Below are positions 28,763-39,173 of a DNA stretch of 64,000 nt, one piece after another. The notes below the pieces were generated by a model. That model saw nothing but the letters and a program-made list of their open reading frames with translations. It did not search any database and had not been told where the DNA came from. A program made the translations under genes and the position numbers. The number at the start of each line of letters is the position of its first letter. The first letter of the stretch is position 1. This stretch comes from Candidatus Multivorans sp. (GTDB taxonomy: Bacteria > Acidobacteriota > Thermoanaerobaculia > Multivoradales > Multivoraceae), in the NCBI GenBank assembly GCA_965247095.1, contig OZ251997.1, forward strand, positions 2,976,001 to 3,040,000, in the 5' to 3' direction.

Positions 28763-30183
28763 GGGCGTCCCGCCCGCATCCGGCCATCAACCACGAAGAC
28801 CACCAGCGGGGGCAGCCAGACTGCGCCGTAGACCCAGGGGAAATAGTCTATTCCCGCGAGCGCCGGCAGGTAGGCCAGGGGCAGGGTCGCCGACAGCAGC
28901 AGGACGCTGCGCACTCCGAGCAGCGCCGCCCAGGGCAGCACCCAGATCAGGTACCAGGGATAGAGCGTCGGACTTGCAAGCAGGACGATGCCGAAGGCGC
29001 CCAACGCCGCGCCGATCGCACCGGGACGCCGCCGCCAGAGGCGAAGCCACGCGGCGCCGCCCGCGGCCAGGAGCAGGGCGCGGGCGAGAAACTGGGGATA
29101 GGTGTAGGAGTAGAGAGTGTGCCATGGCGTTGCTGTGACCTCGCCGCCGAAGACCACCCGAAGGAGGTGGACGGCGCCCGCGGCCGCCCGGTCGAGTTGC
29201 AGCGCGTCGAGGAGACGCCAGAGCGGTTCGTAGAGCGGGCCGTTGTACTCCCAGCGCAGCGCGTAGACGGCGAGGCCCGGCGGAACGCCGCCCGTCCAGA
29301 CCAGAACGGCCGCCACAGCGGGGACGAGCAGGCAGGCGGCGCCGAGAGCGAACATGTGGCCGTGCTGCCCGTGGCGCTGCATCGTTCGCCACCAGAGGGG
29401 GATTGCGGCGAGGGGAACCAGCTTGGCCAGCACGCCGAGCGCGGCGACGGCCCCGGCAGCGAGCGAACGCGGGAGGGTGGACAGGGAACCGCGCCGGACC
29501 GGGATCAGATAGACGCAGGCGATGACCAGCGAAGCGCCCAGCACGTCGATGTGGCCCATGCCGGCGCCCTCGATCACGACCAGTGGATTCCAGACATAGG
29601 CGAGCGCGGCCACGACGGACCCGCGCCGCCGGGCAAGCGCGAGCAGCAGGGCGCAGCCGATCAGGTCGACCGCGGCCAGCGTCAGCTTGTAGCCGGGGAG
29701 CGGCCGCGGCAGGACGCTGGCGGCGGTGAAGAGGCTCAGGGCCAGGGGCGGGTAGACCGTGGCGACGTCGCGGTGAGCGGTCCGCTGCCACAGGTCGTCG
29801 CGCAACCCGGTCAAGTCGGGATCGTTCGGCGTGAGCCGGTAAGGATTGGCGCCGGCAGCGGCGACGCGGCCGTCCCAGAGGTAGCGATGGACGTCGTCGG
29901 ACAGGCTCGGCGCCAGCGGCAGGGCCAACAGGCGCAGCAGCAGGGCGACGGCGAGGACGCCGGCGACCGGCAGCTCGCCCGCCTCTTTCTGCCGTGCCCG
30001 TCCCAGCCGCCTCAGCGCCCGGAAGAGGGCGCCGAAGGCCAGCAGGACCACTGCCAGGAAGAGCACGCTCGCCCAGGGCGCGTCCGCCGCCGGCCGCAAG
30101 CCGGTCCGGTCCAGGAGCAGGAGCCCGCCGAAGCACGCGAGCAGGGGCCAGGCGGCCGACGCTAGTGGGAGTGCCCTTGCCAT
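28759..30183 (-). CDS. Polytopic membrane glycosyltransferase (GT87/DUF2029-like)
   Basis: SDDVHRYLWDG, NPY, TVYPP, WNPL, GHID, PWY; many TM segments. Confidence 0.8.
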   Translation of the reverse strand: MARALPLASAAWPLLACFGGLLLLDRTGLRPAADAPWASVLFLAVVLLAFGALFRALRRLGRARQKEAGELPVAGVLAVALLLRLLALPLAPSLSDDVHRYLWDGRVAAAGANPYRLTPNDPDLTGLRDDLWQRTAHRDVATVYPPLALSLFTAASVLPRPLPGYKLTLAAVDLIGCALLLALARRRGSVVAALAYVWNPLVVIEGAGMGHIDVLGASLVIACVYLIPVRRGSLSTLPRSLAAGAVAALGVLAKLVPLAAIPLWWRTMQRHGQHGHMFALGAACLLVPAVAAVLVWTGGVPPGLAVYALRWEYNGPLYEPLWRLLDALQLDRAAAGAVHLLRVVFGGEVTATPWHTLYSYTYPQFLARALLLAAGGAAWLRLWRRRPGAIGAALGAFGIVLLASPTLYPWYLIWVLPWAALLGVRSVLLLSATLPLAYLPALAGIDYFPWVYGAVWLPPLVVFVVDGRMRAGRP

Positions 30184-30196
30184 ATCGTCGGCGTCT

Positions 30197-31705
30197 GTGC
30201 TTCTTCCCGTGTACTACGCCGTTCTCGGCACGCTCGCACTCTTCGGACTTCATCGGCTGGTTCTGCTGCTGGTGCTGCGTCTGGTCCGGTCACCCGCCGA
30301 AGTGGGTGGCTCGGTCGCAGCCGGCGCGGAGGATGAAGCCCCCTTGCCCCGGGTGAATGTGCCCCGGGTCACTGTCCAACTGCCAATCTACAACGAGCGC
30401 TACGTGGCCCCGCGCCTGGTCGCGGCCGTGCTCGACTTCGACTACCCCACAGAGCGGCTGGAGATTCAGATCCTCGACGATTCGACCGACGACACAGGCG
30501 AGCGGATCGAGGCCGTGCTTGAGGAAGCGTCGAAGAGAGGGCGCCCACTGCCGGCCGTCCGCCACCTTCGCCGGCGCGGACGCGAGGGCTTCAAGGCAGG
30601 GGCTCTGGCGGCCGGTCTGAGCGAGGCGCGCGGCGAGCTGATCGCTATCTTCGACGCCGACTTCGTCCCCGGCCCGGACTTCCTGCGCCGCACGGTGCCG
30701 GCCTTCGCCGATCCCGGGCTCGGCATGGTCCAGGCGCGCTGGGACCACATGAACCGGAATGACTCCCTGCTCACCCGCGCCCAGGCGGTGCTGCTCGACG
30801 GACACTTCCTGGTCGAGCAGGAGGCGCGCTACCGGTCGGGCTGCTTCTTCAACTTCAACGGCACCGCGGGCGTCTGGCGGCGCCGGGCGATCGAAGAGGC
30901 CGGGGGCTGGAAGTTCGACACCCTGACCGAGGATCTCGACCTCTCCTACCGCGCGCAGCTCGCCGGCTGGCGCTTCGCGTTGATGACCGACCTCGCGGTG
31001 CCGGCGGATCTGCCGGCCCGCGTCAACGACTTCAAGAGCCAGCAGTACCGCTGGGCGCGCGGTACGGCCCAGGCCATGCGCAAGCTGCTGGGACCTATCC
31101 TGCGCAGCGCGGTCCGGCCGCGGGTCAAGCTCGCGGCGACGGCGCACCTGACCTCGGGCTTCTGCTATCCGTTGCTCGTCGCGCTGGGACTGCTGCTCTT
31201 GCCGGCCATCCTGCTGCGCCAGGAATCGCCGTACCTGCTGCTGTGGATCGACGCGCCTCTGTTCCTGCTCGGCACCGTCGGCGTGGCCGGTTGCTACGCC
31301 GCCGGCCAGCGCCGGGCCGGGCGACCGGGTTCCCGGGCGTGGTTGGAGGTGCCGCTTGCGATGTCCGTCGGCATCGGCCTGTCGCTTCACAACTCGGCCG
31401 CGGTGGCTACCGGTCTATTCCGCAGCGGCGGCGTGTTCGCCCGCACCCCCAAGATCCCGGCCAACGCGCGAAACCCTCCCACGCTGTACCGGTCGAACGC
31501 GGTCTGGAGCCTCTGGGGCGAAGCCGCGCTCGCGCTCTACTTCTGGGTCTGCATTGCCGCCGCCGGTCTCAACGGCCGTTGGTGGTCCCTGCCCTTCCTG
31601 TATCTGTTCGCGCACGGATATAGCCTGATGGTGCTCGGCGGCGCCCTGCCGCGGTGGAGACACAGCAGAAGGTTGCCGAGCGACGTGGGAAGGCATACTT
31701 CGTAG
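30197..31705 (+). CDS. Cellulose-synthase-like processive GT2 glycosyltransferase
   Basis: QLPIYNE, DDSTD, FKAGAL, DAD, TED, QQYRW; C-terminal TMs. Confidence 0.9.
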   Translation: MLLPVYYAVLGTLALFGLHRLVLLLVLRLVRSPAEVGGSVAAGAEDEAPLPRVNVPRVTVQLPIYNERYVAPRLVAAVLDFDYPTERLEIQILDDSTDDTGERIEAVLEEASKRGRPLPAVRHLRRRGREGFKAGALAAGLSEARGELIAIFDADFVPGPDFLRRTVPAFADPGLGMVQARWDHMNRNDSLLTRAQAVLLDGHFLVEQEARYRSGCFFNFNGTAGVWRRRAIEEAGGWKFDTLTEDLDLSYRAQLAGWRFALMTDLAVPADLPARVNDFKSQQYRWARGTAQAMRKLLGPILRSAVRPRVKLAATAHLTSGFCYPLLVALGLLLLPAILLRQESPYLLLWIDAPLFLLGTVGVAGCYAAGQRRAGRPGSRAWLEVPLAMSVGIGLSLHNSAAVATGLFRSGGVFARTPKIPANARNPPTLYRSNAVWSLWGEAALALYFWVCIAAAGLNGRWWSLPFLYLFAHGYSLMVLGGALPRWRHSRRLPSDVGRHTS

Positions 31706-31715
31706 CCGGCCGTCG

Positions 31716-32288
31716 ATGATCCACCCCCTCAAGAGACAGTCGCCTCCCGCTGCTTCCCGACCGGCGGACGTGGTCGTGCGGCCTGCGTCGCCGGCCGACG
31801 CTCCCTTCCTCCGGCGCTGGCGCTCCGAGCCGGCCGTGCGCCGCTTTCAGCCGCTGCACAACGTGTCCGTGTCCCGACTGCGAGCGGATCTGGCGTCGCA
31901 GCGTCCCCGGGATATCTACCGCGGCCGGGGCGACCGCTACACCTGGCTGGTCGAGTCCGATGGCGAGCGCACGGGCTGGATCACGTTGGCGATCGTGAAC
32001 TGGGAGCACGGGCTGAGCGAACTGGGGTACGCCCTGGCGACGCGCCACCATAGCCGCGGCACGATGACCGCAGCACTGGGACAGTTGCTGCCCGAGCTTC
32101 TGCTCCGCACGCCGGTGGAACGCATCGAGGCGAGGTGCGCGGTCGACAACGAAGCGTCACGGAAGGTGCTGGAGAAACTGGGGTTCGTTCACGAGGGCCT
32201 GCTCCGCTCGTACTTCGTTCTGGAGGGCCGCCGCACCGACCACCACTTGTACGCCCTTCTGCGCGAGGACTACATCCCAGGCCTCTAG
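31716..32288 (+). CDS. RimJ/RimL-type GNAT acetyltransferase
   Basis: ELGY...HSRG, NEASRKVLEKLGFVHEG. Confidence 0.88.
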   Translation: MIHPLKRQSPPAASRPADVVVRPASPADAPFLRRWRSEPAVRRFQPLHNVSVSRLRADLASQRPRDIYRGRGDRYTWLVESDGERTGWITLAIVNWEHGLSELGYALATRHHSRGTMTAALGQLLPELLLRTPVERIEARCAVDNEASRKVLEKLGFVHEGLLRSYFVLEGRRTDHHLYALLREDYIPGL

Positions 32289-32306
32289 AGCCGCGCAGCT
32301 TCCTAG
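32285..32306 (+). repeat. Minimal CTAG-bounded element (22 bp)
   Basis: CTAG-A-GCCGCGCA-GCTTC-CTAG matches the family right-end geometry; first CTAG is the GNAT stop. Confidence 0.5.
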
Positions 32307-32368
32307 GCACTCGCGGGCTGCACGCGCTACAGTTGCCAACTCTTGGATCGTCAGTTGTGGAGGTGCGA

Positions 32369-32875
32369 ATGGTGAGCACTGGAACGAGGCGGGACGCGCG
32401 GCCAAAGGCTGCCGACTCTTCGTTGGAGAACCTTGAAGCCGGAATCGCGTTGTTCTACGAGGACCGGGTCGCCGAGGCCAGGGCCAGATTCGAAGACGTG
32501 GTCGCAGCCAGCGGCGAGAGCCGGTTCGTCATTCGCGCAAAGGACTATCTTGCGGCTTGCGAGCGCGCCGAAACACCGGCGTCCGGGAGCCCGGACGACG
32601 CCTTCCTCGAGGCCGTGATGGCCAGGAACGACGGCGACCTGGAGCGTACTCTCGAGTTGTGCGAGGGCGGCGGGCGAGACCAGGATGAACGTTTCGTCTA
32701 TCTGGCCGCCTGCGGGCGTGCCCTGATGGGAGAGCAGGAGGCCGCCCTCGACCTGTTGACGAAGGCGGTGGAACTCGATCCGAAGAACCGGGTTCGGGCT
32801 TGCCACGACGTTGACTTCTCTTTGCTGGACCAAGACGAGCGCTTCCTGAAGCTCGTCTATGACCGCAGCGACTGA
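32369..32875 (+). CDS. Small TPR protein
   Basis: GGAGG RBS; YLAAC..AL.G....ALDLLTKAVELDP. Confidence 0.8.
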   Translation: MVSTGTRRDARPKAADSSLENLEAGIALFYEDRVAEARARFEDVVAASGESRFVIRAKDYLAACERAETPASGSPDDAFLEAVMARNDGDLERTLELCEGGGRDQDERFVYLAACGRALMGEQEAALDLLTKAVELDPKNRVRACHDVDFSLLDQDERFLKLVYDRSD

Positions 32876-34244
32876 CGTGGCTGACGAGGCCGGCGCGGCC
32901 GTCATTCTCGCGGCCGGCGGCGGCGAGAGGATGCGCTCGGAGCGGCCGAAGGTTCTGCATCGCGTCGGCGGCCGAGCCCTCGTGGCGTGGGTTGTTGCGG
33001 CGGCGCGCGAGGTCGGCTGCGCGCCCATCCATCTGGTCGTCGGAAGTGGAGCGGAGGAGATCCGTTCGGTCCTCGAGGAAGAGGAACTGGGCGGCCGGGA
33101 CATCGTCTGGGTGGAGCAGCGGCAGCAGAAGGGCACGGGACACGCGCTGCTGATGGCGCGCGAGGCTTTGCGTGCCGACGCCGTGACCCTGGTCCTCTCC
33201 GGCGACGCGCCCCTGGTGCGGCCGGCGACTCTTCGGGAACTTCTCGGCCGCGCCCGCGACGGCTGGGGCAGCGTCGCCGTGGCCGATCTGGACGACCCGG
33301 GCAGTCTCGGCCGGGTGGTCCAGAGGAACGGGCGGTTGGAGCGGATCGTGGAAGCGGCGGACGCGGGCGAGCGGGAGCTCGCGATTCGAACGGTCAACGC
33401 CGGGCACTACGCGCTGCCCACGCCGGCGATCTTCGAGTGGCTGGAGAAGCTCGATACCGACAACGCCCAGGGCGAGTTCTACCTGACCGATGCCGTCTCC
33501 GCTGCCGCGAACGAGAACCCGGTTGCCTGCGTGAGGGTGGAGGACGCCTCGGAAGTGCTCGACGTCAACTCGCGGGCCGACCTTGCCGCCGTCCAGGGCG
33601 TCCTCTACCGGCGCAGCGTCGATGCGCTGCTCGAAGCCGGGGTCACGATCCTCGATCCGGAGAGCGTGTGGGTGGATGCCGGCGTGACCGTCGGTCCGGA
33701 CTCGGTGCTGCACCCCAACGTCACCCTGCTGGGCGCCAGCAGTGTGGGGCGCGGTTGTACCGTTCACACCGGCGCCTGGATGCGTGACAGCGTCCTCGCC
33801 GACGAAGTCGATGTCCTGCCCTACTCGGTTCTGGACGGGGCCCGCGTGGCCTCGCACTGCAGCGTCGGCCCCTTCGCCCGCCTGCGGCCGGAGGCGGTCC
33901 TGGACGAGGGCGCACGGGTCGGCAACTTCGTCGAGGTGAAGAAGTCGAGGCTGGGACCCGGCGTCAAGGCTTCCCATCTCGCCTACCTGGGCGATACGTC
34001 GGTCGGCGCGGGCGCCAACATCGGCGCCGGGGTCATCACCTGCAACTACGACGGCAAGACCAAGAACCGCACGGTGATCGGGGAGGGAGCGTTCGTCGGC
34101 AGCGACACGATCCTGATCGCGCCGGTCGAGGTCGGCGCCAGGGGCTACACGGGCGCCGGTTCGGTGATCACCCGGGATGTGCCGGAGGAGACCCTCGCCG
34201 TCGGCCGCGCGCGCCAGAAGAACATCAAGCGCCGGCCGCGGTGA
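32859..34244 (+). CDS. glmU: Bifunctional UDP-GlcNAc pyrophosphorylase / GlcN-1-P acetyltransferase
   Basis: ILAAG.GERMRS..PKVLH, GTGHA, NAQGEFYLTD, GNFVEVKK, TCNYDG. Confidence 0.96.
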   Translation: MTAATDVADEAGAAVILAAGGGERMRSERPKVLHRVGGRALVAWVVAAAREVGCAPIHLVVGSGAEEIRSVLEEEELGGRDIVWVEQRQQKGTGHALLMAREALRADAVTLVLSGDAPLVRPATLRELLGRARDGWGSVAVADLDDPGSLGRVVQRNGRLERIVEAADAGERELAIRTVNAGHYALPTPAIFEWLEKLDTDNAQGEFYLTDAVSAAANENPVACVRVEDASEVLDVNSRADLAAVQGVLYRRSVDALLEAGVTILDPESVWVDAGVTVGPDSVLHPNVTLLGASSVGRGCTVHTGAWMRDSVLADEVDVLPYSVLDGARVASHCSVGPFARLRPEAVLDEGARVGNFVEVKKSRLGPGVKASHLAYLGDTSVGAGANIGAGVITCNYDGKTKNRTVIGEGAFVGSDTILIAPVEVGARGYTGAGSVITRDVPEETLAVGRARQKNIKRRPR

Positions 34245-34273
34245 CCCACCGCGGCGGCAAGGGCTGAACGGGC

Positions 34274-36712
34274 ATGGCGACCCGTGACGGTGACTGCGTC
34301 GAGCAGGTGGACTTCCGCACCCTGAACCCGGAGCAGTTGGCGGCGGTCACCCACGACGGTGGGCCGCAGCTCGTGATCGCCGGCGCCGGGTCGGGCAAGA
34401 CCCGGGTCATCACCTACCGGATCGCCTGGCTGATCGCCGAGAAGGAGGTCGAGCCGTGGCGGATCGCGGCGGTGACCTTCACCAACAAGGCGGCGGACGA
34501 GATGCGCGGACGCGTCCTCGACCTGGTCGGCGGCAACGCGAACCCGGTTGGCGCGCCCCCGCGCCAACCGCGAACCGGTCCCCGCGCTCGTCAGCGGGCG
34601 CGGGGACGGAACGTCTTCGTCGGCACCTTCCACCGGTTCTGCGTGCGCCTGCTGCGCCGCTACGGGGACCGCGTCGGGCTCCAGTCCGACTTCGCGATCG
34701 TGGACGCGCCGGACCAGTTGCGGCTGATCAAGGCGGCTCTCTTGGCGGAGGACCTGGACGAGCAGACATTTCGGCCTCGCGCGGTCCAGGGCCGGATCAG
34801 CGCGGCCAAGAACCGGCTGCTGACCCCCGCCGCGTTCGAGCGCGAGGCCGAGGACTTCTTCGACCGTCATGTCGCCGCCGTCTACCGCCGCTACCAGGCT
34901 GAGCTGCGCCGGGCGGGCGGCGTCGACTTCGACGATCTGATCGCGCTCGCGGTGCGGCTGCTGCGGGACGAAGCGGAGATCGGCGCGCGCGTTCGGGGAC
35001 GCTTCCGTCACCTGCTAGTCGACGAGTTCCAGGACACCAATGCGGCCCAGCTCGAACTGATCAAGAACCTCGTTCTCGACCCCGACGGCTCGGTCTCCGG
35101 GTTGACCGCGGTCGGCGACGAGGACCAGAGCATCTACGGCTGGCGGGGTGCCGAGATCGACAACCTGCTGCGCTTCGAGCGCCACTTCCCGGGCTCCCAA
35201 GTCCGCAAGCTGGAGCGCAACTACCGCTCGACCCAGAACATCCTCGACGCCTCGGGCGCCGTGATCGCCCGCAACGAAGAGCGGCGCGGCAAGACGCTGT
35301 GGACCGATACGGGCGCGGGCGATCTGCTGCAACTCTTCTTTGCCGCCGATCACGAGGACGAGGCGCGTTGGGTGGTGCGGCAGGTCGCGGCGCTTCGCGC
35401 CGACGGCTTCGAGTTCGGCGATATGGCGGTGCTCGTGCGAACCAACGCCCAGACGCGGGCGATCGAAGACCAGATGCTGCGGAGCGAGGTTCCGTACTGC
35501 CTGGTCGCGGGCGTACGCTTCTACGAGCGTGCCGAGGTCAAGGATCTGGCCGCGTACCTTCGGGTGATCAACAACCCGCGGGACAACCTGTCTCTGCGGC
35601 GGATCCTGAACCAGCCGCGGCGGGGCATCGGCCGTAGGACCCAGGAGTTCCTGCTGGCCCGCGCGGCGAAGATGGGCCATTCCCTGTGGGACGCGATCCG
35701 ACTCGACCCGCTGCAGGAGCTGCCGTCGCGGAGCCGGCGTGCGGTGGATGACTTTCGGGGCCTGATCGAGGCGCTCCGGACGGAAGGCGAGCGCCAACCG
35801 CTGGCTGAACTGGTGCGGGGGACGATCGTCGCGGCCGGGTTCGAGGCCCTGCACGGCAAGGGCGACGAGGAGGGACGGGAGCGGCTCGACAACCTCGGCG
35901 AAATGGTCTCGTCGGCGCAGGACTTTCAGACCCGGTACGGCTGCGAAGACCTGCCCGCCAGGATCCCGACCGCCGCGGTCCCGACCCTCGGCGATCCCCT
36001 GGGTCCGGGCGCGGACCAGGGGGACCAGGGAAACCAGGGGGACGTGGAATCGCCGACCAGTCCGCTGACGAACTTCCTGGACTACGTTGCGCTCGTCAGC
36101 GACACGGACGGCCTGAACGCCGAACTCGGCGTTGGGGTCATGACCCTGCACAGCGCCAAGGGCCTCGAGTACCCGGCCGTTTTCGTCACCGGTCTCGAGG
36201 ACGGTCTGCTGCCCCACTTCCACGCCGGGGGCGGCGCGCGGGACATCGAGGAGGAGAGACGGCTGCTCTACGTCGGCATGACCCGCGCCGAACGGCGACT
36301 GTTCCTGAGCGGCTGCCGCCGCCGGATGGTCGCGGGGGTGTTCCAGGATCGGCAGCCGTCGCCCTTCCTGATCGACGTGCCGGAGGAACTTGTGGAGACC
36401 GCCCAGAGCCCGGACATCTACGCCGGGCCCCGCACCGCGGGCGTCCGCAGCTTCTTCAGCGCCGATCGGTCCGTTGGGGTCCCGTACCGCGCGGGGCCGC
36501 CCTCGGGCGCCAAGCGTCGAGCGGCGGGCGGGCCGTTCAAGCAGGCGGCCGGCGGCTTGCGGCCGGGTGCGCACGTCCGCCACGCCACCCTGGGCAAGGG
36601 CGTCGTCCTGCACCTCGACGGCCAGGGCGAGAACGCCAAGCTGACGGTCTTCTTCGACAAGGCCGGCAAACGGAAGCTGGTCCGCCGCTACGCTCCCCTG
36701 GAGGTTCTCTGA
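34274..36712 (+). CDS. pcrA: UvrD/PcrA superfamily 1 helicase
   Basis: AGAGSGKT, TFTNKAA, VDEFQDTN, VGDEDQSIY, NYRS, TLHSAKGLE, EERRLLYVGMTRA; C-terminal Tudor-like domain. Confidence 0.93.
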   Translation: MATRDGDCVEQVDFRTLNPEQLAAVTHDGGPQLVIAGAGSGKTRVITYRIAWLIAEKEVEPWRIAAVTFTNKAADEMRGRVLDLVGGNANPVGAPPRQPRTGPRARQRARGRNVFVGTFHRFCVRLLRRYGDRVGLQSDFAIVDAPDQLRLIKAALLAEDLDEQTFRPRAVQGRISAAKNRLLTPAAFEREAEDFFDRHVAAVYRRYQAELRRAGGVDFDDLIALAVRLLRDEAEIGARVRGRFRHLLVDEFQDTNAAQLELIKNLVLDPDGSVSGLTAVGDEDQSIYGWRGAEIDNLLRFERHFPGSQVRKLERNYRSTQNILDASGAVIARNEERRGKTLWTDTGAGDLLQLFFAADHEDEARWVVRQVAALRADGFEFGDMAVLVRTNAQTRAIEDQMLRSEVPYCLVAGVRFYERAEVKDLAAYLRVINNPRDNLSLRRILNQPRRGIGRRTQEFLLARAAKMGHSLWDAIRLDPLQELPSRSRRAVDDFRGLIEALRTEGERQPLAELVRGTIVAAGFEALHGKGDEEGRERLDNLGEMVSSAQDFQTRYGCEDLPARIPTAAVPTLGDPLGPGADQGDQGNQGDVESPTSPLTNFLDYVALVSDTDGLNAELGVGVMTLHSAKGLEYPAVFVTGLEDGLLPHFHAGGGARDIEEERRLLYVGMTRAERRLFLSGCRRRMVAGVFQDRQPSPFLIDVPEELVETAQSPDIYAGPRTAGVRSFFSADRSVGVPYRAGPPSGAKRRAAGGPFKQAAGGLRPGAHVRHATLGKGVVLHLDGQGENAKLTVFFDKAGKRKLVRRYAPLEVL

Positions 36713-36748
36713 GGTTCCGCGTGCTGCTACACTCCGGCGCCTGCCTGT

Positions 36749-36822
36749 CGGGGCGTGGCGCAGTCTGGTAGCGCACCTGCCTTGGGCGCAGGGGGTCCTC
36801 AGTTCAAATCTGGGCGCCCCGA
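36749..36822 (+). tRNA. tRNA-Pro (TGG), CCA not encoded
   Basis: Acceptor CGGGGCG/CGCCCCG; anticodon arm CCTGC-CTTGGGC-GCAGG; T loop TTCAAAT. Confidence 0.93.
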
Positions 36823-36865
36823 TATCGCTCGCATGCCCAGGCCTCGGCTACTCTGTCGCTTTCGC

Positions 36866-36942
36866 CTGCCTGTAGCTCAGATGGATAGAGCGGCGGCCTT
36901 CTAAGCCGCGGGTCGGGGGTTCGAGTCCCTCCAGGCAGGCCA
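36866..36942 (+). tRNA. tRNA-Arg (TCT)
   Basis: Acceptor CTGCCTG/CAGGCAG; anticodon arm GCGGC-CTTCTAA-GCCGC; CCA. Confidence 0.95.
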
Positions 36943-36972
36943 GATCGTTGAGAGTTTTCGGTCGGAATGTCT

Positions 36973-37049
36973 GGTGGGTGTAGCTCAACCGGTAGAGCAC
37001 TTGATTGTGGTTCAAGTGGTTGGGGGTTCAAGTCCCCTCACCCACCCCA
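36973..37049 (+). tRNA. tRNA-His (GTG)
   Basis: G-1:C73 pair; anticodon arm CTTGA-TTGTGGT-TCAAG; CCA. Confidence 0.95.
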
Positions 37050-37076
37050 TCCTCCTTTCCGCATCGTCCCGTTCGC

Positions 37077-37154
37077 GCGCCCGTAGCTCAGTCTGGATAG
37101 AGCGACGGCCTCCGGAGCCGTAGGTCAGGGGTTCGAATCCCTTCGGGCGCACCA
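37077..37154 (+). tRNA. tRNA-Arg (CCG)
   Basis: Acceptor GCGCCCG/CGGGCGC; anticodon arm ACGGC-CTCCGGA-GCCGT; CCA. Confidence 0.95.
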
Positions 37155-37185
37155 CATTCCTGCAGTCGGAGGGCCGTGGCGGCGC

Positions 37186-38268
37186 CTACGGCGTGTCGAG
37201 CCTTGCCAGGCACGCATCCACGACCTGGTCGGCGTCCAGCCGCTCCATGCACGCGAAGTCGCCGCGGCTGCAGGTGCGCCGCCAGCATGGTTGGCATTCC
37301 AGCCGCTGGTCGAGTTGCACGGCGGTAGACCGCGGCCCGTAGGGGCCGTTGCGGGCAGGATCGGTCGGCCCGAACATGGACACGCAGGGCACGTCCAGCG
37401 CCGCCGCCAGGTGGGCCGGACCCGAATCGCAGCCCAGGAACAGGGCCGCGTGCCGCAACAGGGTCGCCAGATTCCGCAGATCGGTCGGCGGCGCGGGCAG
37501 GATAGGCCAGCCATCCCCGGCGCCGGCCACGATCTGCTGCGCCGCCCGTCGTTCCTCCTCGCCCGCCCAGACGACGACCACCGGTAAGCCGCGCTCCCGC
37601 GCAAGGCGCCGCACCGCGGCGGCAAAATGGCCCGGCGGCCAGTGCTTCGTGCGCCAGATCGTCCCGGGCGATACCACCGCATAGCCGCCGGCGCCCAGGC
37701 CGTGGCGCTCGAGGAAGGCGAGGGCCTCGGGCTCCGCGTAGTCGGGCAGCCGCCACTTCGCGACAGGGTCTTCCTTGCCGGCCAGTCCTGAGGCGCGGAC
37801 CAGCGCCAAGTTGCGGTCGACGACGTGGGCCACCGTGGGGTCGACGGCGAACCGCCGGTTCAGGAACAGGGCGTTCAGCTCCCGGCTGCCCATCGCCGGT
37901 CCACCGCGGAACCCCACTCGCTGCCGGGCGCCGCTCCACCAGGCCACCAGCCCACTCTTCGTGAGACCCTGGACATCGATCGCCGCGTCGTAGCGGCAGC
38001 TCCTGAGTTCGCGGCGAAAGCGGCCGAACGCCTCGAGCCACGCCGCAATGCCGCGAGCCCGGCGAGGGTAGACATGAAAGCGGTCGATGTCGGGGCAGTC
38101 CCGCAAGAGGGTCGCGGCAGGCTCCTGGATCGCCCAGCCGATGAACGCGTCCGGGTGCGCACGGCGAAGCGCCGCCGCCACCGGGGCCGCGTGCAGGCAG
38201 TCGCCGATTGCCGACAGCCGCACCAGGAGGACGCGAAGCTGTCGGGCAGGTTTCTGGGTGGTTGTCAT
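37186..38268 (-). CDS. GT9 LPS heptosyltransferase (WaaC-like)
   Basis: VRLSAIGD, DVQGLTKS, HVVDR, GCDSGPAHLAAA, FGPT. Confidence 0.9.
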   Translation of the reverse strand: MTTTQKPARQLRVLLVRLSAIGDCLHAAPVAAALRRAHPDAFIGWAIQEPAATLLRDCPDIDRFHVYPRRARGIAAWLEAFGRFRRELRSCRYDAAIDVQGLTKSGLVAWWSGARQRVGFRGGPAMGSRELNALFLNRRFAVDPTVAHVVDRNLALVRASGLAGKEDPVAKWRLPDYAEPEALAFLERHGLGAGGYAVVSPGTIWRTKHWPPGHFAAAVRRLARERGLPVVVVWAGEEERRAAQQIVAGAGDGWPILPAPPTDLRNLATLLRHAALFLGCDSGPAHLAAALDVPCVSMFGPTDPARNGPYGPRSTAVQLDQRLECQPCWRRTCSRGDFACMERLDADQVVDACLARLDTP

Positions 38269-38358
38269 TGCCGCCGCGTCGGTATCTCATCAGAGCATAA
38301 GGCCAGCGCACCGGCAGTTGGACTCCGGCATCCGCCACTGCTTGGCATACTCCGATCG

Positions 38359-38613
38359 ATGCACGACGAACCCGACGCCGATCCGACGGTGATTCGCCCA
38401 CCGGGGTTCGACCGGATCACCCTCCGGCTGCTTGTGGCGGCGCTGGTCGCCGGTGCGCTGACGGTGCCGATCGTCATGTTTTGGCGTGACTTCAGTTGGC
38501 TCATGGCGCTGTCGAGCGCCGCTGGCATCGCTTTCCTGATCTTCTTCAGCGGCCGTGCCGTGCGAGTTCTGAACTTCGAGTGGCGCCGGCCGCCCTTCGA
38601 GCGCGAAGAATGA
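38359..38613 (+). CDS. Small two-TM membrane protein
   Basis: Two hydrophobic segments; ATGA overlap with the Nudix gene. Confidence 0.7.
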   Translation: MHDEPDADPTVIRPPGFDRITLRLLVAALVAGALTVPIVMFWRDFSWLMALSSAAGIAFLIFFSGRAVRVLNFEWRRPPFEREE

Positions 38614-39173
38614 AGAAGGTCCGTCCCTGGCGCGTCGAAGCCGACCGCTCGGTCTTCGATCACCCGCTGCTCAAGGTCGAGACCCAGGAGCTCCGGGCCG
38701 GCGCCGACCGGCGTCAGGCGCTGGTGCTGCGGTCGGCGGACTGGGTCAACGTGATCCCCCTGATCGAACCGGAGTCGGCGGCCGAGGGCCCGACCGTCGT
38801 GTTCATTCGTCAGTGGCGGTTCGGGCGCGCGGCGGTGTCGCTGGAGATTCCGGGCGGCATCGTCGAAGCGGGCGAAGACGCTGGCGACGCCGCGGGACGG
38901 GAGTTGCACGAGGAGACCGGCTACCGGGCCGGCACGATCGAGCGCCTCGGCGTGGTCGAGCCCAACCCCGCCATCCTCGACAACGTGTGCTCGCTGTGGC
39001 TGGCTCGCGACCTGGTCCCTACCGGCGATCCGATCGGCGACGGCAGCGAGGAGCTGGAAGTCGTCCACCTGCCCTTGCGCGAGGTCCCCGAGCGGATCGC
39101 GAGCGGTGAGATCCGACACTCACTCGTCGTCACCGCCTTCTACTTCTTTGCCCGGCGCTACGGTTTCTCTTGA
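38610..39173 (+). CDS. Nudix hydrolase (ADP-ribose pyrophosphatase-like)
   Basis: EIPGG....GE....AAGRELHEETGY. Confidence 0.9.
   Translation: MKKVRPWRVEADRSVFDHPLLKVETQELRAGADRRQALVLRSADWVNVIPLIEPESAAEGPTVVFIRQWRFGRAAVSLEIPGGIVEAGEDAGDAAGRELHEETGYRAGTIERLGVVEPNPAILDNVCSLWLARDLVPTGDPIGDGSEELEVVHLPLREVPERIASGEIRHSLVVTAFYFFARRYGFS

Noticed and set aside
36749-37154. tRNA cluster as an island integration site
   Set aside because: No integrase and no duplicated tRNA 3' end seen; flanked by core genes.
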